A stretch of DNA of 64,000 nt from the human T2T-CHM13v2.0 reference genome, Homo sapiens. The position numbers and the translations under genes are program-made. The notes beneath the pieces were generated by a model. The model was given only the letters and a program-made list of their open reading frames with translations, had not been told where the DNA came from and searched no databases. Positions within the stretch are counted from its first letter, which is position 1. Every line of letters starts with the position of its first letter. Location: assembly GCF_009914755.1 (NCBI RefSeq), contig NC_060936.1; one strand, 5' to 3'. This document shows, one piece after another, positions 1 to 13,200 of the stretch.

Positions 1-764
1 ACCTGAACCGGGACTGGGGAAGTCCTGAGAGAAAGGATTAGTCTCATAAATCATGAAAAACTACCACGACAGATGCTACCTACAGCAAAGTCCTCGATAT
101 CCTGTATCCATACTGTTTTCCACCTCAAACCACTGAGTACCATAGAAGAAGGGGGAAAGGCAATAGGAATATGCTGAGTGCATACTCACTTATAGCTCAA
201 AAGACCTCAGGCTTTAATGTGGCCTACGTGGATATTTTAGAACAGTGAGGAATTTAAGAATAGGTCTTCAACTTCCATTGTGTTTCCTAGTGCTGGCCCA
301 AGGTTATGACCACAAGACAGTGGATTTTCTCTGTGCATCTTAAGACTGTGTGGTTTACCTAATGTCACACCTGTAACTAATAGTTGAGGGGGAGTTTTAC
401 TCCTCTGTGGAAGTAAAACTAATCTTATAACGAAGCAGGAAGTTTTTCTTCAATAATCGTGAAGTGGAATATTTTGATTCAAAAACAGTAACACATAAAG
501 AGGCATTATGAAGAGAAATTGTATATTAAACTTGCTAAAAAAATTCAAAGATTAAAGAGAAAACTGTTTGTTTGTATCATTAGGAAAGTTGGCTGCTGAA
601 AGGTTTTCATTAGAATACCCAAGGACTTCAGGAGATCATTTTAAGTTCCATAATTCTGGCCAAATAACCCCACTGTGTTTTTCCTGATTAAAATGTGTTA
701 CAATTCTGCAAAAAATCCTTACTGTTTTTTCTTTAGTAAAAAAGTTTCATTATTTTTTCTTCAT

Positions 765-860
765 AGAAAGGAAGGAAGAAAGGAGGGGAAGAAAGAGGAA
801 GCAAAGGAAGGAAAGAAGGAAAAAAAGGAGGAGGAAGAGAGGAAAGAAGGCAGGAAGAAA
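765..860 (+). repeat. GA-rich low-complexity purine tract
   Basis: About 95 nt of almost pure A/G (GAAG/GGAA units). Confidence 0.9.
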
Positions 861-1096
861 CCTGATAATATAGTATCACATCAAAGTAATGATAGCAAGT
901 CTGAATTACCACTGACTTTAAAGAGAACCAGAGATTTTTACCATTAAGTTTGAAGCAATGCTAGGTTGAGATTACACTACTATTACTCTATTAACTACTT
1001 ACAAGAACTGTTTAAGCAGTGGATGCTGAATTTTATCAAAGACCTTTTTGAGAATTTTCATAGAAGATTTCCCCTTCAGGCAGTGAGAATATAAAC

Positions 1097-1307
1097 CAGA
1101 AGTCTGCAAAGACTTTCTGTGAAAGGTAATATAGAAAATATTTCAGACTTTACAAGCTATCGGGCCTCTATTGGAAATACTGTAGCACAAAAGCAGCTAT
1201 AGATACTAAGTAAATGAATTAGTGTGGCTCTGTTCAATAGAACTGTATTCACAAATTTACAAGCAGTGGGCCAGATTTTCCAGCAAGTTGTAGTTTGTTG
1301 ACCCCTA
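1097..1307. mobile_element. MER58A-like hAT-Charlie MITE
   Basis: Degenerate terminal inverted repeats cagaagtctgcaaa ... tttgttgacccct. Internal aaagcagctatagatac...gtgtggctctgttc matches MER58A. Confidence 0.8.
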
Positions 1308-1422
1308 AGATAGATGATGCTAATATACATTTCTTGGTATAAACTTTCCTGGCATTCCCTAAACTAACTCTTTTTAGGCATGGTCTATTAAAAGTATAGT
1401 AAAAGGCACTGATAACTTTCTC

Positions 1423-2402
1423 ATCACAGTGAACAGGCAACCTACAGAATGGGAGAAAATTTTTGCAATCTATCCACCTGACAAAGGGCTAATATCCAGA
1501 ATCTACAAGGAACTTAAACAAATTTACAAGAAATAAACAAACAACCCCATCAAAAAGTGGGTGAAGGATATGAACAGACACTTCTCAAAAGAAGATATTT
1601 ATGCAGGCAATAAACATATGAAAAAAAGCTCATCATTATTGGTTATTAGAGAAATGCAAATCAAAACCACAATGAGATACCACCTCATGCCAGTTAGAAT
1701 GGCAATCACTAAAAAAGTCAGGAAACAACAGATGCTGCAGAGGATGTGGAGAAATAGGAATGCTTTTACACTGTTCGTAGGAGTATAAATTAGTTCAACC
1801 ATTGTGGAAGACAGTGTGGCGATTCCTCAAGGATCTAGAACCAGAAATACCATTTGATCCATTTGATCCAGCAATCCCAATACCCATTACTGGGTATATA
1901 CCCAAAGGATTATAAATCATTCTACTATAAAGACACATGCACACTTATGTTTATTGCAGCACTATTCACAATAACAAAGACTTGGAACCAACCCAAATGC
2001 CCATCAGTGATAGACTGGATAAAGAAAATGTGGCATATATACACCATGGAATACTATGCAGCCATAAAAAAGGATGAGTTCACGTCCTTTGCAGGGAAAT
2101 GGATGAAGCTGGAAACCATAATTCTCAGCAAACTAACACAGAAACAGAAAACCAAACACCTCATGTTCTCACTCATAAGTGGGAATTGAACAATGAGAAC
2201 ACATGGACACAGGGAGGTGAGCATCACACACTGGGGCCTTTTGGGGGTCAGGGGCAAGGGGAGGGACAGCATTTGGAGAAATATGTAATGTAGGTGATGG
2301 TTGATGGGTACAGCATACCACTATGGCACCTGTATACCTATGTAACAAACCTGCACGTTCTGCACATGTATCCCAGAACTTAAAGTATAATAAAAAAAAT
2401 AA
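1423..2402 (+). mobile_element. 5'-truncated L1PA7-like LINE-1 (ORF2 C-terminus, 3'UTR, poly-A)
   Basis: ORF2 fragments ([13 protein letters not shown]; PLLGIYPKDYKSFYYKDTCT...WNQPKCPS) and 3'UTR ending cccagaacttaaagtataataaaaaaa. TSD AACTTTCTC at 1414-1422 and 2403-2411. Confidence 0.93.
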
Positions 2403-5339
2403 AACTTTCTCTAATTTTATTTAAGATTTTTGCATCTCTATTCAAAGTGTTAAAGGACTTATTTTTTTCTTTTCTTTTCCTTTTTTTTGGAGGAGAGTTT
2501 GGTATTGCAGTTATGCTAATTGTGGAAAAGTTTAAATATATTTTTGTGCTCTGGAAAACAGCCTTATTCAGAGTGGATATTCTCTGTTCTTTAAAAGTTG
2601 AAAATACCTGCATAGTTACAGTTGCCATTTTTGGAGATTATTCTTTGAATTTAAAAAAAATTGTTCATGAGTCCAGTCTGTTTATGTTTCCTCCTTTCTA
2701 TGTAGTCCTATGAAATCATACAATTCATCAAGATTCTCAACCTTATTAATAAATAGCTTTATATAGCCCCATTTGCCAGTGTGTATTCAATGCGATATTA
2801 CTTCCTGGTAATTTATTTAATAAGAGATATATCAAAGCAAAGATCTAAAATTAAATGTGGAAAACATGCAAGATTAAACTGAACTACAGAACTGACTTCT
2901 CAAAACCTTCAATATTCCATATGGAGTGTGAATACAAAAAATTGGGATATACTATGAATTGCTTTCTAAATTGATTTCACTGCAGAACCTTTTTCTTGGA
3001 CATTATATGAAATGTGTATTCTTTGGAACAAAATTTTGAAAATGCTAGTATATATTATAATAATTTATCATATTTCCATAACTACAATAACATTACCCTT
3101 TATCACTTCTAATTTTGTGCATTTGTGTTTTCATTTATTAGTATATAAAAAAGTTTATCTAGTTTTCTCACAGTTCATTAATTTATTTTCTTATGCTTTT
3201 CGGGTTCTGTTTTATGACTCCACTGAGGTTGTTTTATTATATTTTTTCTGCTTCTAAAGTTAAATACTTAATTCTTTTTTCCCATTTATTCTATTTAATA
3301 ATGAAGGCATTTAAAGTTATCGCTATTAGAACTTCGATCATTTCACATGAGTTTTGGCATATACTCTTCACGCTGTTATTTTTAAAGCATGTAATTAATT
3401 TTGATTCTTATTTTAAACACAAGAATTAGTAGTATAGTTTCTTAAAAGCTTTCAAGTGATCTATATATAGACATATAATAGATCAACCTTATTAACTATA
3501 TTTACCCAATCTCCACATCTTGGTGTTCCGCCTCATCCATTTGTCAAAGAGAAACAGATAGTTCCAAATATTTCTGTATAATTTTGTTTCTGTCAACACC
3601 TCATATTTCTAACACTTTTTCCTTTCTAGACTTCAGTATACTCAAGTACCTTTTTCTTTATGTAGTTTATTTAGTGTATAAATATTTATGATGTTTTATC
3701 TCTATATAACAACAAAAATATCTGTTCCAGGAATTTCATTCAACTTGGTCTGATAATAAAAATGCTACCTCTGCTTTCTATCTGTGGATGCCTATTACAT
3801 TTTTACCTTTCTTTTACTTTTAACATTTCCATGTTATTTTTCTTTTTGCTTGTCTTTTTAAATAAGTATGAAACTAGAACAAATCCATAAAATATTAATC
3901 TTTTAAAAAGACATTTATCCATTTAGTGTGATTATGGACAACTATTTTTATTATATTAAGCTATTTTTATCTGTTCATATTTTTTATTCTCTCTTTTCCT
4001 TAAATTTTCTGCTTTGTTGGTAGAAAATACTACATCATACTGACTTTCCAAATATTAAAGAACTCCTCAAAAATAATCTGTAATATTCATATATTCTATT
4101 TATTGCAGATATCCAGTTCTAGGATAAGACTCTCTATCATTCCATGTTTCAGGTGTCTGTGTCTGCCTGCCCCTGAAGTTACTCCTTTTAGCTCTGAGTT
4201 AGGGGGTAGTAGTGAAGTTTGCCAGAATCTTCTCCTGTTTATTTTTTGACATGTTGCTGCTTCATAAAATATAAAACTGTGTCTGTCCTTTACGGCTTCC
4301 TATATCAAATACAATATTTATTTGAAAGAAATCCTTTCATGTTTTAATATATGAGTGTTCACAATGCTTACTAAGTATATGTATTAAACAAATAGGAATT
4401 TGAAATGAGGAATAAGGAAAAGCTTAATGTTTCTGATAACACCATATCAACTTACCTCTAAGTCCTGAACTTAACTGAAAGAATTAATTCAGTGCTAGAA
4501 ATAAGTAAATGTAGGAGGTAGTGGCTACTTAGTGACTCTCTATTTTAATTAAAAGAGTTGCTAATGTATCTAATCTGATGAAAAAAAAACTAGAAAAGAA
4601 ATTAACAGGAAGAAAAAGGAGGAAAATACTAATTTCAATAATCGCTCTTTAAAATTAGTTCCCAAATAATACATAGCATAGAAAGGCAACTTGGCAAGGT
4701 GTTTTTAATTTTCTTTTCTTTGAAATAACCCCATGTGTATGAACATAAGCAAATACTGAACGTAAGCAAACTGCCTTGACATTAAAAATCCTGTATTAGT
4801 TAAGCAGCATGGTACCAGGGCATCATAGGACAGATGTAACTACTGAGGCCAATCTTAAATTAATGTATGTTTTCTTTTTCACAGTCTCACAACATGCTGA
4901 CTTGGGGAAAAGGTGGGAAGGAGACAGTGAGTAGGAGAAAACAACTTATCAAGAAAAATGGAAAAAATACATTGCACTTGTTTCATATACCTCACAAGCT
5001 AAATAGTCTTTTTGTATTTCTAGAGTCTGGACCTTGAATCCAGGGCACTGGAGAACTGAACCCCACTCTTATTCTAGAATTATAGTGAATCTATGGCTCA
5101 AAAAGTGGGTTAAAAGGATGCCATAGGAAGAGTTTTAAGTGGTCAAGAGCAGTAGGTGGACTGTAGGACTACTTCCAGCATGGCAGCCTTGTAAAAAGTC
5201 TCCAAGGCAAGCTAGGTGAAGATATTTCATGATAACAAAATAACCAGGATCATAGCTGTGACTGCAAGTCAGTTGCCAGATATATAGCCCCAGTGTGAGG
5301 ATGCACCACAGCAGTACCCTAAGAAAGAATTAAGCTCTA

Positions 5340-5520
5340 GAGGAGCAATAATCTATTTCAATTGCTCAGGCCCCTTAAAGAATATAATCAAAGCTGTGGA
5401 CACTCTCCCAAGAACAATATGTAAGTGCATATATCACACAGTTTCAGGGGGTTCACAGGTTTCAAAAAGCTCATCCTTCAACCCTTAAAGTGATTTAACA
5501 CCTAGGTTAAGAAACCTTAA
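5340..5520. mobile_element. Old hAT-Charlie MITE (MER117-like)
   Basis: aaagctgtggacactctcccaag...tttcagggggttcacag...aggttaagaaacc pattern. Confidence 0.5.
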
Positions 5521-8064
5521 CTTTAGAGATTAGTGAGGAAGCAGTTCAGTCTTGAGCTGAAGACATAAGTGAATGGACACCCATATTATGGTATTATGAA
5601 GCTTTAATTCACCCCTTCCTTTGACTCAAATTCCAATAGCACTTACTGAGTAAGAAAATTACATATTGGATTTTGATTGTTTTATGAACATTTTAACATA
5701 GGAGAAAAAAAATTCTTACCATATTTCCTATATGTAGATTTCAGAAAACACAAGAAGGGAATATCTGCATCCTGAAGAGGGGTGAGAAATTAATCTCAAC
5801 TTTCTCTCTCTTTTCTCTCTCATTCTCCCTCTCTATCTCCCCTTTTAATAAGTAAAAATAATACAGGGAATGAAGTAGCACCTGGTAAACTTTGGGGAAA
5901 AGCAATAACCTGGTTACCTCTATATAAGGCACAACCCCCTTTCTAGTTTTCTTGGGCTATCCCCCTACCTGACCAGTGGGACGGAACAAGTATGCCATCT
6001 TGCTTTCCCCTATAGAGATCATCACCAAGCAAATCTTACGGAAAGCAAAGAAATGAATTCTTACACAAATGAATAGACTAACTGTAGAATAACATAAGAT
6101 TAAAATGAAATGCTCACAATCATATTCTTAATTCTGATATATAAACATAACATTTTTAGAACACTGAATAAAATCGTTTTTTCTACCCAAAGTGGCTATT
6201 TGATCTAACTGAAACCTATCTATTGTCTCCTTGATTTAAAATTTTTTTCTATAATTATTTAAAAACAGCTACTGTCTAACCCCAAAATGCTTTAAGCCTA
6301 TAGAGGGGTGGGGAAAGGGAGAGAGCATCTTAAATACCACCTATCTTCTAGGCAGCAGTTTCCCCAGATGAAGAGGTCACCACTGTTTAACAGTGTGCTG
6401 CCATGTTAATTTAGTATGACAAGATAAAGCCGTAATCTCAGCTCCTGGAGGCTGTAAACCGCCTGCTATCCGGGGACATGCTCAAGTCGATTTGCACTGT
6501 ATATCACTTTATACAATTGCCATGACAAAGCCCCCTGAATTCTCACATGTAAATCTCTCTATCCCTCTCTTCCTTTGGCCCCCTCTTTTTCTCTTTCATT
6601 CCCTCGCAATTTCTTTCTCTTTGCTTCATCATGCACAGGTAGACTACATCCACTCAGCACTAATCTCTGAAAACTTAATGCTCTGCATATGACAAGGGAC
6701 ATACAATACACACCCTCTCACAAACACTGTCAAGTCCCCCAATTTAAGAGAAGATGTTCAGGGACTTAGATAATCCATTGATCCCACTTGCATCGGCTTT
6801 TATATTTCAATCTGTCGTGTTAAGTTGTCAAGGGGAGCGATTAAACTGATGTCTCATGATTTGAGATTTACTTTCCTAGGAAAGATAGTTTTCAAAGCTT
6901 CTCTTACTAAGTAAGTTCTGCTTAAAGATTATCCCTAAGAAAGCTGGTGTATTCCTACCGGCATAAATCTAGTAATAAAACAATAAGGCATTTTAGGTAA
7001 GGACATTTTGGAGATATTCAGTGTTATAAGCATAAAAATGTAAAACTGAATGAAGTTTGGATTTTTAAAAGTGTCATCTGTGTAGTTCTCTCTGTGTGAA
7101 GCAAAAACACCATATGAAAAAGGGGGGGAAACATGTGTCTATCTATGTAAAACAAAAATAATTAAAGAATCACTGAAAAGGACATAAGTGAAGAGGGAAG
7201 AATTTATATGATAGGAAATAAAAAGATCACATGAAGTACATTAGGAAAGTGACAAGTCAAGGTTTTACCCTCCCCACTAAAAACGGCAGAGATATATGTT
7301 TAATCATCAAGAATTAGCAGTTGAAGATATACACATCCTCAGTAGGTGTGTCAGTTTGAGACGCAACATGTCAGATTTCTAACAGGCGAGCTGTTATATT
7401 ATAAAAATCCACATGTATTGTGGCTTTCTCCCATATCATATCCTTTTTAACATCATTTTAAGCCCCTCTTGCTGGTAACATAGAAGCAAGATCAAAGGCC
7501 TAAAAAGCAATAAACACGATAATAATAAATGAAGGACTGAATCTTTCACAGTACCTCTAAAATCCCTGAATGAAAAGGAATTTTAAGTGAAATGAAATAT
7601 TTAAAAAGTAAGCGGATATACTAAAAAAAAAAACCACGGTAATAAACACAAACCCCCGAACCATGTCCTAAAAGAATATCATCATGTAGCCTTTAGGATG
7701 TTCATGCAGGAAAATTAAGCAATTTTAAAATATATACCATTCCAAAATATTGTTTGGTATTGTGTTATTGTGTTGATATTGTTATTTTTCTCTGGTAAAT
7801 GGTTTGGAGAAGTATAGTATATGAAGCTACAGAAGAATGATTCGATTTATTGGAGTAAGTTGCAGAGCAATTGGGCTGAGAGGATTACAAGCGCGATGGA
7901 AAAGGGAGTTCATACTAACTGAAACTCACTATACAAAAAGTACTATGTTAGGTGATTTTCTCATTTAATGATTATATCAGCTGCTTATGAATTAAATACC
8001 ATCATTTCAAGATTTAAATAAGGAAAATTACAATTAAAGTGTCTTCCGTGCACACAGGCTTTGG

Positions 8065-8494
<430 letters not shown>

Positions 8495-8727
8495 CTACTT
8501 TAAATGAGTTTGCATCTCATGTTCAAGGTGAATTACATCCGAGGATACTGACAGACCTTACCAGTAAGACTACTGAATCACTTAAAATGGGGAGTCAGGT
8601 GAGTAATATTCATTTAGGTTATTAAAAGGAAAACATGAATATTAGAAACCTACAAGAAAATACAGTCTTTTGTTCTGATAAATAATCATAATTAGTAAAA
8701 AGAAGACAAACTATTTAAGAACTATAT

Positions 8728-8955
8728 CATCTATTCAGTGCTCGCTATGTGCCAGGCATGGTGCAAAGCCATTTCTGAAAATTCTATTGTTTAATTATCT
8801 TAACACATCTACATATGGAGAAGTTCTTATTACTATCACCATTTTAATATGAGAAAACAAAGGCACAGGGATCCTGCAAAACTTAGACAAGATCACACAC
8901 ATTGCATGATTTGGAACCCAAGCAGTTTAAGGGTGAACTTAGGCTCTATACTGCT
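8728..8955 (-). mobile_element. MIR
   Basis: ctatgtgccaggcatggtgc...ccattttaatatgagaaaacaaaggcacag (antisense MIR core). Confidence 0.75.
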
Positions 8956-9354
8956 TCATTATATATCTCATAATCTTAACAAAATGTGGTTTTTGACTTT
9001 ACTGAGGTAGATATTGGTGTGGTGGTGTTAGTGGAGGTGGTTGCTATTGCTGACTAGCCTTAACAGCATTAAGCAAAATAATGTCTGCAAATAAATAATA
9101 TTTTTAATAACTGAATCTGTTATAAATATTTGACTGAGAGATAATATCTCAGATTGAATAATGATCTTTCAATGACAAGAGATTGAGACTTCTACAGTGT
9201 TTGATTTCTCATTTCAAATTTTTTTTTTCTCTAGCTTAAGGTTTTCTTATAGGTTACTTAAATTTATAAGCATTGAAGCCAGCTGACGTTTCATACAACA
9301 TACTCCTAGATCACAGAACTTAAACATTTCTTTAGGCACTTGTTGAACAACTGA

Positions 9355-9592
9355 CAATTACTGAGTACCTGCATATGCCAGCACCAGAAAGTTTTACGTG
9401 TCTTGACTACTTTAAACACTGTACGCACCCTCTAGGTTAGATGCCATTTTTATCACTGCCATTTTACAGATGGCAAAAATAAGGTAAAACCATTTCCATA
9501 ATTTGCCAAATGCCATACAGATATCAAACGGATCTTGGAATTTACCCAGTAATTTTGTCACTGAGGGTCATGGGCTTAACTAATACCCTATG
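9355..9592 (-). mobile_element. MIR
   Basis: ccattttacagatggcaaaaataagg core, with upstream tactgagtacctgcatatgccag. Confidence 0.7.
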
Positions 9593-9910
9593 CCAACTCT
9601 CTTATAGCCAGAACACAAATTAATATATTAATACTAATTATTACATGAAAGGTTTAACAAATAGCCTTTTAGAATCTCATATATTGCCCAATAGCCTATT
9701 ATTCTAAAAACAGTAAAATTCCTGGCCCATTTAAAGCCAGCTAAAAAGATTTTAAAAAATGAAGTTAACCCGAAGTTAGGGTAAAATAAAAAATCAAGTA
9801 AAGATTGTTCTACCTGCCTCCCCCACAAGTATTTCTAAAGGCTGTTCAAGCTATTTATTCTGATAAAATATTTTTAAAAAGATTTTAACATTTATATGAG
9901 TGCAGAAACT

Positions 9911-10137
9911 GAGCAGAATTATTAAGTGCTTGGGTTCTAAAACCATGAACCCAAACTGTATCATTTATTTATTAGGCAAGTCATTTTAACTATCCAAGAA
10001 TGTTTTCCATCTGTAAATTGGGGATAAACGTAGTTGCTGAACTCACTGGGTTAATATACGATTGGCTAAGATAATCAATGTAGGGTGGCTGGTACACAGA
10101 AAACATTGAAATATTATGCATTGCTATTAATTATTAG
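9911..10137 (+). mobile_element. MIR
   Basis: ggcaagtcattttaac...ttttccatctgtaaattggggataa core. Confidence 0.7.
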
Positions 10138-13100
10138 ATATCTTATTCTGAGGAGCACTGACTGAAATCTTCCATATTTGAGTTGCACCTATCAGACTGA
10201 AGATCGGCTATAAGATATATTCAACAAGGCTTTCAACATTGCTTTTTATGTTCTATTGATGACCCTGGGGAAATCAGAATCTCAGATACACAAGCATGTT
10301 CTCCAGCTCCCATGTCCCTAGCGGTGCAAAGCATGCCAGCCACTGTCACAAGGCCTGAAGATGAATACTGATAACAGCCTAGCAATCTCTCCTACTCCAG
10401 GATGTGTGTTTATGCAGAGGGAAAGGTCTAGTAGTGGCTGGAGAGGTGGTTTCAAAGCTTTGTACAGTAAGTGTAATGCTAAAATTAATGTAACTTATTT
10501 TTCTTATACTAACAATAGGTTTTGAATTTTTACGTGGCACCTAGTTTCTATTTTTTACATAAATTTATAAAGCTACATTTGGAGCTATACCCCTATCATC
10601 TTTTTCATATCCTATCTCCATTTTAATGTTTTTATTAACCCTTCAAATATCAGTTTGTAGTTTAGAGATATCGACAAACAAGATTAATTGTTTTATCTCA
10701 AGACAGGCTGGATTTTTAAGAGCTAGGAAGAGACACTGAAGTAAACACTGCTCCTCTATATAATGATAACATTGTTTGCCCTGCTGCCACAGAAGCAGCC
10801 TTGACTAAATAAGACACAAAATCTAGTCACTTGTGTTCATTTGCTTTATCACGTGATGTCAGTGTCACAGAGCTGGCCAAGGCTGCTCTCCTTATATCAC
10901 ACCTCATCTGCTTACATGGATCATTCCTAAAAATGGTCTAGGGGAAAATTTTAAAAAGCATTTTGCACACAAAGGAGATATGTAACCAAATGGGCCATTT
11001 ACAATTGTCACCTTAAGTTAGGTTTACATTTATTTCCCATTTCAAACACCAAAGAATGTTCCCTCATTCTCTCTAGTAAAATACAGGGGAAAAAAATTGC
11101 TTTCCAAAACAAGAAATAGGAAGAAAATGGCAAAAAAAAAAAAAAGATCAAAATGGGTAGCATACTAAAGTTCTATCATGAATTGAGTTTCAATGCCAGC
11201 TTTAATGCCAGTACAAATTATTAGTATCTCAGGCCTGTGAAAGAAAGGAAAGGGTTTAGATACACTGAATGCTTTTAATTTACCTAATGTACCACCAATA
11301 GTGTCCCAAGCATTTTTAGTTCTGATTGTATTCCTTAAGGAGTCATTTTTTCTTGAAAATGCTCCCACTCATCATTCTGTAAGATTTTCTTTACTATTGA
11401 ATTGTTTTAATATTTCTAATTTATCACCTCAAAGCCCAAGTGTTTGTCCTTGTATATACTATTAATTGAAAGCCATATGAATATGATTGTCAAAATATGT
11501 GAAAAAAAGAAAATCCAATACTAGACTCCCTTATGTTATTTTTAAGACTTGACTTTCTTAAGATCCAAATGAAGTGTTAATGGTTGTATTTTTTAAATAG
11601 GTTGTTATACAAAGATCCCTTTTAAAGTACAATAGGTAGTTGAATCTAACTGATGTGGCCAAGAAGAAATATGGTGTAAGCATTATGTGATACATTTGAG
11701 GTCCCATGGACAAATGAGTTACCACGTCTTACAGATTTCATTCTAGTTTCTAGAAATCAGGCACCAACATACTGCAAGATTTTTTTTTTTCTTTTTTGGA
11801 TTCTGTCAGGTGGCTGTCATTTGAAAGTGTAATAAAAAATAATGACTAATGCACTGGTATTATCACTTATATTAAGTTTATACAGTGACACTAACATTAA
11901 GATTACTTTCTAGTTTTATAAATGATCTCCTTCCCTATTTCTTAAACTTTTTACCAATCTCTATAAAATCTCAAAATTAAAAAAGAAATAAATTTGAAGA
12001 CAAAAAGATTTTAGTTAAATCAAAAACTGACTGGAAATAGTGACACATGCTGTCAAATAACTTAAAGTGAAAGTGAGTAATAGGCACATAAAGAACACCA
12101 GTATCTGCTAAAGCATAAGCTCATGGACATTTGGATTTACTTAGGTAAGATTTTGAAACATAATTTGGGAAACAATACAGGGTTTCAAGTGTTGTTTAGC
12201 TAAGTACGGGCACTGAAAATAAAACTATCATTTATTATCAACACTGGATCATCAAAGAAAAGTAAAATAATACAATCTCAGAATAAATTGAAGAAATATA
12301 CTATATAGTTTTGTGAATAACTCACTACATTGTTTCTGTTACTAAAAACGAGTTAAAACTTAATCATAAAACCAACAGATCTTTATTAATCACATGCAGT
12401 AAGAGAAACCTAGACTGACTGCAGGAAGGTCTGGCAAAGCCCCAAGAGGCAACATATAAGAGGAAGGAAGTATATATCAGAGCACAATGGTGCTGATTCT
12501 CCTACCCTGTCTTCCTTTCTAATAATGGCTCTATTGAGATCCACAAGAAGATCCATTAAGAATGTTTTCTGATAGAGCCAAATTGAAAGAAAGAGGAAAA
12601 AGAGAAGCAAAGGATGAAAATAATCAAAGGAAAGATGAAGAATTAAAAACAAAATTATATAATAAAGTGCAACTGCAAAGAAACTTTTAATTATTTTTAA
12701 CTTCCAAATATAAGTAATCCTTCCTTAATGCATGTCTGAGAATAACAAGTGAGATAAAGATGACCACCTATCCATGCCACAAAAATCAAGAATTCACGTA
12801 AGTCTCCGGCATTGCTTCTTAGTGTCCTGGCTATTTCCAGTATCCCAGCCAAGTATTTCATCATTCTCTCCATTGCATTCAAGGTGGTCACCCAGATAAG
12901 GAAAGGAAACATTTGAAACTTCAATATCTAAAGTAATTGTTTTTATCCCTATTAACATGAGGTGCATATTTTCCTAACTTTTCTACATTTTATATTAAAA
13001 GCTTCATAGTACATTTTGTGGTCAATTTTTTTCCCTTTTTTTAACTTTCTTTTTTATTCTTCCTGAGTTATTTCTGTTGGAAAAAAATCTTTATGGCAAA

Positions 13101-13156
13101 AACAAAACTATATTCCAGTACAAAGTAAAGACCTTGAATTGATGGTAATTGGTCCA

Positions 13157-13165
<9 letters not shown>

Positions 13166-13198
<33 letters not shown>
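13166..13198 (+). repeat. (TG)16 microsatellite
   Basis: Perfect TG run. Confidence 0.97.

Positions 13199-13200
<2 letters not shown>

Larger units (their letters stand above)
1010..3950 (-). mobile_element. Ancient, fragmented L1M (L1ME/L1M5-like), interrupted by MER58A and L1PA7
   Basis: Degenerate antisense L1 ORF2 phrases: ggatgctgaattttatcaaa (~1021), ttaagatttttgcatctctattca (~2421), gaaggcatttaaag...tcacatgagttttggcat (~3303-3360). Confidence 0.55.

Noticed and set aside
675-947. Lys/Glu-rich 90-aa ORF
   Set aside because: Produced by the GA-rich low-complexity tract.
1561-2293. L1 ORF2-like ORFs (also 36995-38070)
   Set aside because: Frameshifted pieces of truncated L1 copies, not genes.
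4450-4496. Perfect donor GAG|GTAAGT with a possible 39-nt micro-exon
   Set aside because: Modest acceptor, no supporting compositional signal. Such matches are expected by chance in 64 kb.
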